Shown in pieces: positions 10,942 through 24,509 of a stretch of DNA of 64,000 nt. The translations under genes were made by a program, and so were the position numbers. The number at the start of each line of letters is the position of its first letter. Positions within the stretch are counted from its first letter, which is position 1. The notes under the pieces are model-generated. The model had not been told where the DNA came from. It made no database searches and saw nothing but the letters and a program-made list of their open reading frames with translations. This stretch comes from Antedon mediterranea (Eukaryota > Animalia > Echinodermata), in the NCBI RefSeq assembly GCF_964355755.1, contig NC_092679.1:24039432-24103431 (forward strand), in the 5' to 3' direction.

Positions 10942-13900
10942 TAAAGCATCCCTTGCATACAATAAAGACATAACCGACCGATAACGAGTAAAATTATGAA
11001 TGTATATTTTCATGACCGGCAGCCTAACAGTGGACCTCGTTTCAGTGTCTTTCTTAGAATATTGATGTATACAATAGTTTCTTTGTTAAACATCGTCATT
11101 GTTTTATTATACTGCAATAATCTACTGTTAATATAATTAAAATTAAAATATTCATTTTCAAATTTAATTTAAATTTTGTTTTAACTCATTTCCTGATGTG
11201 TGTAAACTCATTCTGCATTCAGTAAACACTATTTAACTTTAAGCAGAAGATTTTCTCTGTAATTTCAGGAAATTAATATTTCATTAAATAAAGATATCCT
11301 CTACGTAAAACTTAAAGCGACGACGTTAATACGACATCTAAAAGTTTCAGTTAAAGTTAAATCGTAATTTACGTAAAAATAATAATTAATATGAAAAGGC
11401 TTTAATATGAACCCAATAACATGCTTAGTATATATATATTATAACGTTTTTCTAACAATCTTAATTTAATCTAATTACTTAATCAAAATTCTTTAAATGA
11501 AGGTAAGACTTTTTTTACGTTACCGTTCTTATAAAAATACAACCCCATTATTGGGCGATCCCGTCGGGGAAACCAAACAGTGCCCCCCCCCCCCCTTAAT
11601 ATGTCACCTGACTTCTATTGAGGTTGGTAGTGATGTTAAAACATATAATATTGCACCGCTATTGTTGATTTTAATGTAATTCTAATGTGTTAATTTGTAT
11701 TGCGCAAATGTATGCAAAAGTTGCGCTACGGGGTACAAGGAAGGAGGTTGTAGTATAATTTAATTTATATTATTATGATAGGCGGCATAACAATCGTAAA
11801 CAATTAAATCTGTCGTTGTAGTGTAAGGTATATGGCGTTAGTTAAGCTCTATCTACACTATCAAACTAAATGTGATTAAAAATGTGATGTGTCCATATAT
11901 GGATATGATGATGTCATATCACTACCATATGTAGGCATATCACTACCATACTTTTGCACACCACACAGTTTGATAGTGTTTAGCTTTACACGTTTGAGCT
12001 GCACGACAGCAGCTTATAATAAGCCGCTTTAACAAGGAAATAACGAGAACGCGATCGTTATGAATATTAAATCACGTTGATATGATTACTATCAGAAAAG
12101 CGACGCTTCAACAGGTGTTATCAATATTTGATTGTTATTAATATTACATAATAATAAGAGTAACGATTGAATATGATGATAGGAGGCCTATATTATTAAT
12201 AGCAACATGTTGACATGCATGAAGCGTATTGAGACAATCTGTGAGATTGTGGACAAAACTGGCACCCGTGTTATTTCCAAGTAGGCCTTTTACCGTTAAT
12301 ATTTATTTCAGAATTGTCGATAATTCTTTGAGTAAACTGTGGCTGATTATCGATTATCGAAAACCTAAAAATAAAAAAAATTAAGAAAAAAAAGAGAAAT
12401 TAACTTTAATTAGGACAAACAAAGCAATAACTATAGGCCGCTACTAAAACAGTTATAGAGTTGACATACTTATATATAAATAATGTTTTGTGTAGGCCTA
12501 TAAAACTTTAAAATATTGTATAGAGCATGTTTTCTTCCTCAATGGTGATACATCAATTTAAATAAATTGATATAATAAATGCATTCTTATCATTACGATG
12601 AATAAGTAAGTTATGTGATAATTATTATCAATGTATTTATAGTAACGCAAAAGAAATATTAAGATTATTAATATAAATTTTAAAATAATCTTAAGAAAGG
12701 AGTAGACATCTGAATCGTATAAGGCCATTTCATTCTATTCGTCTTAATAATAAATGTTATACAATAGATAAACATCTTATGGTCTTGCTTTTGTCATTTT
12801 TCTTACTCATCTTATCTTCACGAATCGTTTGTTTTTAACACTTATATTACAATATTACGTATTTTTAGAAGGTTTGTTGTATAAAACGTTTCAAAGGTTG
12901 CGGATTGTCAATATTTGGTAATAATATTATAATATAGTAATTATGAGTATAATTAGGCCATGAATCAGTCGGCGACATACCAGTGTCTACAATGCCTTGT
13001 TTATAATTATCACATAATTTGTATTGCAATCCACAAAAGAAAAGAAAAGTTAGTGGCATCATTATAGGCCTACATGAAAGGGGAAAGCTTTCGTTTTACC
13101 TAGCCATGTTTACAAGCGTTAGCAGCTGGGACTCCACAAAGCATAGAGAGCAAAGAACAAGCAAATCCGGCCACACCGAGTTAAATGAGCAAACTGTGGG
13201 CTAATGATGAGGGGCTCTGTAATCAAAGAATTAAAGATAAAGGAAATCACCTTGCGACAAAGGTGCACTCTTCTTTATAGACACAAAACGAAACATAATA
13301 AATGTATTTAAAAGTTTAGTGGACAAAGACTTGACCACATTCAGAGGAGGGATTTGTCGCAGCTGGTCGCACGAGACCCTGTCATAGACAATTGCTGATC
13401 TTGAATTGTGGCTAAGAGGGCCGGGCATGCGCACACAACGTTATGCTAAGAGTAGGTTAAGCATTGATATGGCATGCGCACGCTATGCTGGCAGAAACTA
13501 AAGAAGACAAGAATTCATTAACTGCATTCTACAATGTTCTTGGTAAGATACACTGAAAATAATCCCACAGAATGTTGATGTGCGAACAAAAGATTTAATC
13601 ATGCCTCCACGCGCATAATACTTATCATCGGACACACTAGAAAGTGGCTTTAAGTAAACTTTGATTAAAGACACGGCACACGGAGCATTAGCACGCAGCT
13701 GCATTAAACCTTAGGCTTCAGTATTATTCGATATAAAATTCCTAACAATGAATTAAATTTGAATTGTTAGAGGTCCTTGTTTTAGATACGTCAACCGAAC
13801 TAGTAGATTTATTGTCAATATCGCATTATTTGAAAATTCCCACAGTTGAATTATGCCTGCTCGTTACCATGGTTTCAACATACTTTACATCTGCTTATGG

Positions 13901-14291
13901 TGATAATAATCAGGAGGCTCAATTATTATACGATGAATTGACTTCATGTGTAAAATCTCAATAAATTAACTTTTTAATTTAAACGTTGAGTATTTGCATT
14001 AAATTCACCTTACAGATTCTTAGTATTGGAATATTACCACAGTAGATCTGTTTAAATATAGCCTACACTGACACAAATTAAATGGTATATGATTTATAAT
14101 ATGCGTACATGCGGCGAAGATTAATAATGTAATTATTTATTTTGCAGCCGATTGCTTACCGTATGTATTTCTTAATCATTCGTTATTGTTCGTTCATACA
14201 TATATTTGTTCATTCATTTATTCATTCATTCGTTTATTTATTTATTCATTCGTTCTTTCGTTTATTTATTCGTTATATATTATTTATTTTA

Positions 14292-14584
14292 GTGAGTGGC
14301 CGAGCGGTTAATACAGTGGAACCTTAATACATAGCCATAACATTGGCAAGGGTTCGAGGCTCACTCACTCCATGGTTCTGGTGATAGAACGAGTCTTCTC
14401 GGATAAGGACTATAAACCGTAGGTCCAGTGTACACAACTAGCTCGTGTGCACTTTAAAGAACCTAGTACATCTGTCGAGACGAGTAGGGGTTACCCCGGT
14501 GTATTAGTACGGTACATCACAGCCACTGATCACCAACTGGGCCTCTCTTGACTGAAGAGGTCGCCCAGTTATAAAAAAAAAAAA
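14292..14584 (+). mobile_element. tRNA-derived SINE with Deu/Nin-like core, full length
   Basis: A-box TGGCCGAGCGG, B-box GGTTCGAGGC, core GGATAAGGACTATAAACCGTAGGTCC..GTGCACTTTAAAGAACC..GAGTAGGGGTTACCCCGGTGT, and an A-tail. Inserted in a degenerate (ATTC)n tract. Decayed relatives near 29670-29955 (+), 54075-54245 (-) and 62110-62170. Confidence 0.8.
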
Positions 14585-16458
14585 TCATTCGTTCATTTAT
14601 TTATTAATTTAGTCGTTTGCTCATTCATTCTTTTCTTCATTCATTAGTTTCTTCATTGCTTCGTTCTTGGTTCATTCATTGGTTTATTTATCCGTGGGTT
14701 CATTCCTTGGTTCGTTGTTAAATTAGTTCGTTCATTAAAATTGTTTTCTTCATTTATTGGTTTGTTTATTCTTTGGTACATTCATTGGTTTGTTCTTCCA
14801 TTATTCGTTTGTTTCTTTATTCATTCATTCATTATTATATGGTTTATTGATTCATCCATATTATTATTTTATTATTTCGTTTATTATAATTAATGCGTTC
14901 GTGGTTAATTATTAATGTTTTATTTTAATTTGGTCTTTATTCGTTCATTCATTCAAATATCATTTCCAACAAACTGCCAAATGTTTATGACGCATACCAG
15001 AATAAAAAGTGAGTTTTAGTCAAAATCATTGATGATATAAAGTGAGTGAATTTATCAATGGCAAGCTCCGTTATCCGGATCGTTATATAAACTGAATGAA
15101 TGAATGAATATGTTTCTTAAAATGGTCTGACGGCGGAGAGAGGCAAAATATGACGACACTAGATATGATGAACTATTTCCTTAGTAATGGAATTTGTCGT
15201 GATTGACTAAATAAATGATTTCTGCTAGTGGCAATTATTAAACTATATTTCAAGAAGGTTCAAAGAAGAATGCCGCACTATTCATTACTTTATTTTAAAT
15301 CTATGTCAGATGGCATCAGACAAAATTATTGTAAACAAATCAATATTTGATTGTTCTGTCTAGCATAGTTATAGAGCTATTTTTAATATGGGTCCATGTA
15401 CTATTGTATATTTTGTGAGAGTGCTGTAACACCGTAACTACGTTAGCCTAAAGCGGTAATTAATTGATTTTTATAACGCTAGTTAAAATTGTATAATTGC
15501 TTTTGAATATTTGTTATTGAAGTATTATATACGATATGCATTGTTAATATGTAGTTATTGAGCTACGACAACAACATTTTTTAATATTTTTTTTAAACAG
15601 AATGAGGGTGTATAATTTAAATTGAATACATTTCAATTTATCTACAAACTAATGCTACGAATTCGAGAGGTCATATCTGAAATTGTCTTATCGTATCTTG
15701 TCTTATCGTATCTTGTCTTATCGTATCTTGTCTTAACCCAGGTCGTCATTTTATTTATTATTATTCATACAACAAAAACAAAATTACAGAAAATATGCAC
15801 ACAAAGAAAAACCCAAAAATGCCCATGATTAACTTTTAATTTAATTTTTGTGTTAATTCCCACCTTTTTCATGAATTTAATTTAATTTGTTTAATACATA
15901 AAATTATGTTCATGTAGGCCTACTGTAAATGTATTGATGTTATAACATTATTGGTAAAATACAGTAAAACAAATTATACAAATATGTCTATAGTATAATG
16001 ATTATTATAATACGGTTTAGTAATAGTGTTTTAATCAAAATTACGTTTGGATTTATTTACTAAAATGGTTCAGGATATAATCAAACTTTTTTTAAAACCC
16101 AAAATACCAAGGATTTGTCAAATTACCTATTTGGTCTTTTATTCAATATTGAGAATCGCTTAATGAAGTGTTGAAACAATACATTAGAACACTCTGGCTT
16201 GTATTTCATTTTGCTTGAGAAGTGAAATTATATTTTCCAGTCGGCTTGTCTTGGCAAAAGTAAAGCGACGATCTACAGAATATTAGATAACAGAACGTAA
16301 TATTCAACACGAGCCAGTCATGCAATACGATTGCTTTATTAAGCGATAGTCACCTTATCAGTTAACGAGCCAATCTGATAAAAAATAACTTTATTGCAAC
16401 CTTGATTTTAATAACATCATATTTGTGATGCGTTTATCATTTGGTCAGAATATTCTTA

Positions 16459-16719
16459 TACAGTAGACCCTCTATTAAGGATAAATCTTCCTTATCCAAC
16501 AAAGTGTCCTGTTAATTGGAGTCCCGCTGGAGGGACCGTGTGTAAAAATAATATTATGACGTCTCAATATATTACAGGAACGCGTCCTCTTAATAGGGTT
16601 GTCCCCTCAATAGGGGTGTCCCCTTAATAGGGTTGTCCTCTCAATAGGGGTGTCCCTTTAATAGGGTTGTCCTCTCAATAGGGGTGTCCGTCCAAAATGA
16701 ATGGTTCTTTAATACTGTA
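16459..16719. mobile_element. Tc1/mariner-type MITE (TA-CAGTA...TACTG-TA) with an internal 17-bp array
   Basis: TACAGTAGACCCTCTATTAAGG...TTAATACTGTA termini; GTCCCCTTAATAGGG(T/G)T repeated about 6 times at 16584-16690. Confidence 0.65.
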
Positions 16720-17624
16720 GCATTCAAGAACAAAAAAAACCTAAATTGTTTTTTATTATACCCCATATTAAGGAGACACTATAAGTATAATACAAAGTAT
16801 CCTTATCTTAATAGGGGTTGGTCGTGTTTTTTTTGCATTTTAATGATAATTTCTGCATTGTATAAGATGTGCTTTGTTTAACTTAATTTATGTATTTTTT
16901 GTTAATTTTAATTTTTATTCACACTAAACAAATTGTACTAAAAATATAGTTACCGGAGTAACTGCAGTACAAAAATGTTTACACGATCCCTTAGAGTATT
17001 GAAGTATAATTGTCTTCCACAATCGAAAAATGATGTTTCTATGTTGAACAATGACCAACGGTAATAGACGGACACTCGATGTTCACAACTGCTTTTAGAT
17101 TAAAACCTTTACATCTTGACACAAAGCGTAAAGTACTTGGTAATGTGGATTGGAGGCCTAGCGGAAGGACACCTTTGTTTAGTAGCCTCAGATAACCACA
17201 TACTTGGATGTCGCGTGCCGTAAGTCCGTTATAATAAAAGCGTGAAGTGATGAATGCTTTGCGTTTAAAAGCCTACATTACTTAGCTTTGATTGATTGAA
17301 TAATTGATTAACTAATTGAGTACTTATTGATAGATATTGATTAATCACTTATTGATTTTTTTAAATATCAATAATAATATTTCAAATATTTATCATGGCA
17401 TGAATAAAGTAATTTATGAACATTTTCTGATTTTTAAAAACTAATCGGAGACTAATCTTTTTGTCTAAAAGAGTAGACATTTTAAACAGCACTTTCCCTT
17501 TCAAGCACGTCTTGCCGTTGAGTTTGTAATGTTTTATTTGAAGCAAAGTAGGCCTACTTCGCATAGTCAATGGACTTACATTATCTATTTGTTCAGCTGA
17601 AAGACAGCAATGCTGAATGGGAAG

Positions 17625-17894
17625 GGAACGACGCTGTGAAGAAGTGTCCAGGTCAAGTCTATAACCATAGGAACGACGCTGTCAAGAAGTGTCCAGGTCC
17701 AGTCTATAACCAAAGGAACGACGCTGTGAAGAAGTGTCCAGGTCCAGTCTATAACCAAAGGAACGACGCTGTGAAGAAGTGTCCAGGTCCAGTCTATAAC
17801 CAAAGGAACGACGCTGTCAAGAAGTGTCCAGGTCCAGTCTATAACCAAAGGAACGACGCTGTGAAGAAGTGTCCAGGTCCAGTCTATAACCAAA
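17625..17894. repeat. Minisatellite, 45 bp x 6
   Basis: Unit GGAACGACGCTGTGAAGAAGTGTCCAGGTCCAGTCTATAACCAAA. Confidence 0.97.
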
Positions 17895-20800
17895 TACAAG
17901 CTATGACGTAATGCACTAAACCACAGTTGTCACCACAAGACGGTTCACACAATCAACATCGACAGGTGCGTGCCAAATATGCTATAATTTTTCATCACAA
18001 TGATCTATATAGGGTAGCTTTTAATTATAAATGAGATACTATTGTATTGTAATAAATAATAATTTTAATCACAATCAAATTTCAATCCTTAACGAAAAAA
18101 GTAATAATTATATATAAAATTAAAATTAGATTAATATTAAGTCAAAATCGTTCATATAACACATAGTTACAGAGATATGAGATCCCAATAAACAATATAA
18201 TGTACAATATAAATCAACTTGGATGTTTCAAGCAGCAATACCCTATACTTTGATCGTCCTCATATCATAAGAGTTTATAAAAAATAGAAGAATTAATATG
18301 CTTAGATTTTAGGAATTTAAAAGTTACAAAATAAATTAATGAATATTAAAAAAAATCTTATATTATTCTACAACCGTAATTATACTGTATAAGTATTCTG
18401 ACATTATTTTGAACACATCAGCTTGGTTAATAATTAATTATATTCATTAAAGTACTGCTCCAGTCTTGATTAATCAAGTCAGCTCTTAGCAAACATCGGA
18501 TTACATTGTATTGGATGTTTGATTTATTAACAATTATCTGCATATCATCAGCTATAATGTCTATTATAAAATTCTAAGGAAGCTTTTCAGCACAATCTGA
18601 ATTTCAGACTTCAAGAGTTACACTCATAGAATTTAAAGCCAAAATAAAAAAGAAAAAAAAATCGAGTTTTGTATATATTTACAACAAATTAATTTTTATG
18701 GTATCATAGATGTATCAATTTGTGGCGTTTAATTCCCTGGCTGCTCGCTCACCTCCCCTCCCACAATTACAACAAAGTAATAATGAAAGCTGAAACTAGT
18801 TGATATTGCGTCAAAATGTGGTTAATTTATAAAACTAAAACATTTCAAAAAGTATGTTTTAGGAAGTTTTTTTTAAATGTGTTTTAACCTATAATGTACA
18901 ATGTAATCGAAACTCAGCCCTAAAGCTCCCTTTTGGCTTCTTAGTATCGACACAAAACAAAAAATCTAACAAAATTATCTTATAGATTTTAATAAAATAA
19001 AACGTTTGTTATGTGTGTTGGCTACTCATTATGCAATTTTTCCGTTCCCATCCAACAACCCCCTAATTCTCTATGTCTATCCTAAGCCCCATAACATTTA
19101 ATCACAGCTTTTGTTAGAAATGTTCAGTGTGTGCAGTTCACATACTCAAGTAGGCGTGATCTCATGTTCACACAGAGGGCCTGTGTCTTTATTCTTTGAT
19201 TCGAATCAGAGAGTTTGTTGATAAATGTTGTGATTTAAACAAAAGCTAGTTCGTAATTTGAAGTGAATGCACACAAATCTGAAATGTACCACAAACAAGA
19301 ACTAGTATTTTTTATCGACTAAAAATATATATGTCGTTTCAAATTAATTTATTAAATGTTCATACATCACCGTGTGGTTTAAAATTTATTCTGTGCCTGT
19401 TAATTTAATATAAGTATAATTATTTATAAACATCATTAGTTACTATTTTTATTTTCCTTTTAGTTAACGTTTTCTCATTTTCTGTGTATTTATCGTTCTC
19501 GTTTTTAATTGTTTGAGGACCTCATGCATGTCTGATTTTGCTGTTTTGAGCCACGTACACTCATTAGACAAAGTTTAATAAATATTAAAATAAAAAACGC
19601 CAAAACTTGAAAAAAAACCCAGCTTGGTTGATCATCTGACAGCGAGTTGATTGAGTAAACCAATATATTCGATTATTTTGTTGTATGTATAAGGATATTA
19701 TTTTTTTTTTCATTCTCCACATTCCTAAACAATCTGAAAACTCCACTAAACTCCTCTTTTTCCTTTTTTGTTTCTATTTTTCTATTATTAATTTAGTTTT
19801 TATAATTTAAATATATTTAAATGTAATGATAATTATTTATGTAACCTGAGTCACTCGGGCAAACTAGATTTTTTTTCACTTTATTGTTTTCTCATCATAT
19901 CTCAGTCTTTTGTTTATTTTCCTAGTTTTCAGTTTTTTGTAATTCGCAATAAAATAATAATTTAAATAACATATTAAAATTATATAATTGAGTGATGTGT
20001 AGTTATTCATGTCTACCAGAATTCCTTTGTTGTCACTCTGCATTTTTAAAGCAAAGAATATGTCAATATTTCAAGTCAATCCGCGTATGGTATGCAATAC
20101 AAAACTAATGAAAACATGTTAGCAGAGCGGAAGAACACAATTGAACAAGTAACAGCATAATGATTGATCCTTTCAACTTGTAAGCTGTTCAATTATCCAT
20201 GCTACGTCTAAATAAATTTAAATGCCTATAAAATGTTGAACAATGTTTGTCAAAGGAATTATTTTGATGTGGTTTTGCTGTATATATTCAATTCAATTCA
20301 ATTTCTTTATTGCTGCAAATGCCATCAAGGGCTAATATCCACTTAAACATACTACATCATACAAACATAATGATACATATTTACATTTAAAATTTAAACA
20401 CATTAAAATTATAGTCATTACTACTGTAGTAGTTATTATTATTTTTAATTATTGTAATTATTGTTCTGATCTGTTGTAGTTATATACAGACATTGGGCTG
20501 GTATAGATTGATGATGGCCTATGCCCGAAATATTTTGTGTACATTTTATATTTAGGCATTTTTTGATTTAGAGAATATAGGCATAGAAATAGGCCTATAT
20601 ACTTTATTCGTAAAAAAATGTTCCAATTCAAGTAAAAAAACCATAGACCTAACCAATTATTCATTATCAATAAAAGAAAATTTGTTTGCGGCTTCTCGAG
20701 TTCGTCCGTCTACAGCCTTTTGTTTTTTTATGCTAATAATTTGGTGTTGATGATGCCCTGCGGTAGGCCTATATCCAACGGTATTTGTTGATTGTGTATG

Positions 20801-21943
20801 CATATAATTTGATTCATTTCAAAATTGATTTTCTGTCTTAAATAGGCGTTTTGCTTAAGGGCTTTTAATACTTTATCGAAATGCTTTTGGTGGAACGTAA
20901 AAGTAAAAAAATACTGCTCTGGTTAATTTTTGTTTTTGTTTTGTTTATCTGCTGCGGGCCTATTGTCCGACATCGGCTGGTACGCGACGTGGGAACAAAG
21001 AGGAGGAGACAACGGCATTGATATCCCCATGGGAGAGTGGTATAGCGATGGAAGACGAAGTCATCCAATCCAATGCTCATCAGCTTTTGTTGCTAACAGA
21101 ATGCCTTAATTAAAATGTTATATCAGGTCCCATATCACTGATCATGTGTATAATGGAGAAATAAGTATTTCTCCATGGTATAATAATACATATCGGACAG
21201 AATTCGATGAGGTCACACTAAATAAAAATCATAAGTCATAAGTGGAAGCTAAGAAGTTATGCAAAATATTATCAATCATTAGGCCTACCAACTGTGTTTG
21301 CCTTATTGATGCGTACGGTCTCTACATTTAAACATTAATTTTTTACTAAGGAGAGAAAAAATTATAATTTAATTTATGTTATTTTTTCCACAAGTTTGGG
21401 CTTATTATTAGAGGAATCAGCTGACCTAAATATGTACAAAACTAGCTGTGGTTTCAACCTGCTTTTTTCAGTAAATAACATTAACCAGAGTCTTACAAAG
21501 GTCGAAGTTCACGCACATGTACGTGTTGCTGCTGCTACTACTCGCTCCTGCTGTCCTGTTTCATGTCAACGCTGGTTCCGTTGTTTTATTTATAGCATTT
21601 TAATATTATAGAATAATAAACTAAGCCTAAAGAACAATTGGAGGTTAGTTATGATCCGAATTATTTGTAGGCCTAGCTAGGATACCACCATTAGAGTAGG
21701 GTCTCGTCTCTTTAATATACAGTTACTCAGTAAACTAGGCCTAGCTGCTAGCCGGCTATATGCCTAGCTCTAGCTAGCTAGGCCCCTAGCCTAGGTACCC
21801 TAGGCTATATAGGAACTTAACAACCGTGCCTGTCGTCGGCATCTCGTCGCTGAACTGAAGCTGTTCTGGATGATAAAGGCTTAGATAATACATTAATTTC
21901 GTTAAAGACCTCTCAAGCCTAGTTAGGCCTATTATAGTATTAC

Positions 21944-22712
21944 TGTTATGCGCGATTTGAACGATTTGCGCAATTTGAAATTGCGCAAAAAAAATCCTTG
22001 CGCAATTTGAATTGAAACATGTGTTTCAAATTGCGCAAGCAACGTATTAAATTGCGCAAGTAATCTGCAAATTGCGCAAGGTTTTTCGACAGATTGTGAA
22101 ATCATGCACACCCATATTTTTATAGTAATTTCTAAGAATGATTCAAACTTAAAGATAAATATCGCATTTCCTTATTTTAGTACTGCAAATATTGTTATAA
22201 GTTAGCATACCGTCGAAGAACCGACGAAGGGAAACGAAGCGGTGGTGTTCCACCAGGCGGGCGCGGCGCGGGCGGCCGTCTATACTACTCTAGCCTAGCT
22301 AGGGTCTGGACTACTGATACTGACTAGGTTACATGGCCTAGCTTAAACTAATATTAAAAACTTAAAAAGTGAGTATTAAACATTATCTTCATTGAAATGG
22401 TCTTATTTATATAATAAAATACTAAATTTTAAACTCCTCTGCCTAGGCCTAGCCTAGCCATGTATGGGAAAATTTACAGTTCGTTTTCAAATTGCGCAAA
22501 GGTGTCATATTGCGCAAGAACTATCTTGCGCAATTTACAAATTGTGCAGCGCAATTTAAAATTGCGCAAAAATTTTCTTGCGCAATTTGAAATTGCGCAA
22601 GTTGATTGCGCAATTTGAAATTGCGCAAAAAAATCCTTGCGCAATTTCAAATTGCGCAAGGATTTTTTTGCGCAATTTCAAATTGCGCAAATCGTTCAAA
22701 TCGCGCATAACA
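21944..22712. mobile_element. Ginger-like MITE copy 1 (TGCGCAA-rich long TIRs)
   Basis: Termini TGTTATGCGCGATTTGAACG...CGTTCAAATCGCGCATAACA with a 4-bp TSD TTAC. TGT ends plus a 4-bp TSD are Ginger hallmarks. Confidence 0.8.
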
Positions 22713-22778
22713 TTACTATACTACTAGGCTACTAGGAGGCTAGGCCTAGCTAGTAGCCTGTAGGCCTAGTAGTGTAAC

Positions 22779-22780
22779 TG

Positions 22781-22811
<31 letters not shown>

Positions 22812-24251
22812 GGTTTAAAAACACATACAAAACAGCAGCCATTGGCTGATAACGTTTGTTTACAATCAATATACATATATAATTAAAAGTAAAAGAGGCA
22901 CAATTACAAACAGCATAGAAAAATAACTATATATTATAAAACACAAAATACAATATTATTCGTTCATAAAATTGAGCACGTCATTATTATTATTATTATT
23001 TAAGATTATTATTAATATATACATTATTAAAATTATAATAAAAGGTCGAAACGGCATCTAGAAAGTGAGAAATAATCATGGAAATCAAACCTATATCAGT
23101 TAGCATTAATGAACTTAACAATCGTAGGTATGGCAGACCTTTGGTATCGTTCAGTTTTACACCTGGGGGGAAGGAGACTTCCGGTACTAGTTGTATTAGA
23201 CCTAAGGGTTCTCTTCTGCCTGCGGCAAGGAGGTAGCATGTCTCGAAAAGTAGTATAGCCGGCCGCCCGCGCCCGCCTGGTGGAACACCACCGCTTCGTT
23301 TTCCTTCGTCGGTTCTTCGACGGTATGCTAACTTATAACAATATTTGCACTACTAAAATAAGGAAATGCGATATTTATCTTTAATTTTGAATCATTCTTA
23401 GAAATTACTATAAAAATATGGGTGTGCATGATTTCACAATCTGTCGTTCAAATGCGCGATTTGAACGATTTGCGCAATTTGAAATTGCGCAAAAAAAATC
23501 CTTGCGCAATTTGAATTGAAACATGTGTTTCAAATTGTGCAAGCAACGTATTAAATTGCGCAAGTAATCTGCAAATTGCGCAAGGTTTTTTGACAGATTG
23601 TGAAATCATGCACACCCATATTTTTATAGTAATTTCTAAGAATGATTCAAAATTAAAGATAAATATCGCATTTCCTTATTTTAGTAGTGCAAATATTGTT
23701 ATAAGTTAGCATGCCGTCGAAGAACCGACGAAGGAAAACGAAGCGGTGGTGTTCCACCAGGCGGGCGCGGGCGTCCGGCTATACTACTCTAGCCTAGCTA
23801 GGGTCTAGACTACTGATACTGACTAGGTTACATGTCCTAGCTTAAACTAATATTAAAAACTTAATTTTTACATTTATTTTGATTTATTTCAAGTTACAGT
23901 GATAATATTATTTAATTGTAATAATAAATGTTATGTATTTATTAAATTATTATAATACCGATTGTCTGGTAGAATTTTGTTGCGCAATTTGAAAATTTAC
24001 AGTTCGTTTTCAAATTGCGCAAAGGTGTCATATTGCGCAAGAACTATCTTGCGCAATTTACAAATTGTGCAGCGCAATTTAAAATTGCGCAAAGATTTTC
24101 TTGCGCAATTTGAAATTGCGCAAGTTGATTGCGCAATTTGAAAGTTGCGCAAAAAAATCCTTGCGCAATTTTAAATTGCGCAAGAATTCTTTGCGCAAGG
24201 ATTTTTTTGCACAATTTCAAATTGCGCAAATCGTTCAAATCGCGCATAACA
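22779..24251. mobile_element. Ginger-like MITE copy 2, interrupted in its left TIR
   Basis: TSD TAAC at 22775-22778 and 24252-24255. The left end TGTTAT is at 22779; the element resumes ATGCGCGATTTG at 23452 and ends ATAACA at 24251. Confidence 0.8.
22785..23250 (-). mobile_element. 5'-truncated LINE (CR1/L2 group) fragment: end of ORF2, 3' UTR and (TAAA)n tail
   Basis: Minus strand 23248-23096 translates FRDMLPPCRRQKRTLRSNTTSTGSLLPPRCKTERYQRSAIPTIVKFINAN*, resembling the LLP..LR..PRCRTER..SFIP C-terminus of CR1/L2-group RTs. The tail reads (TTTA)n at 22785-22811 on the plus strand. Confidence 0.75.
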
Positions 24252-24509
24252 TAACTAATAGACTAATAATAGAATAGTAGTGTGGATGACGGATATTATT
24301 ATGGATGGCTTATTATTATAATGATGGTATTCATAAAATAAAAGACTAGCTAAGCCCTACTGTATATAGGTTTACTAATACTATTCTATTAATGGTAATA
24401 CTCTACTAGCCCATGGCATGGAGGTATAAACATACCGGCATGACTAGCCTAACACTAATTGCACTTTTTTTATTAATTAATTAACAGGTTGAAAAGTAGC
24501 AGGACAAGG

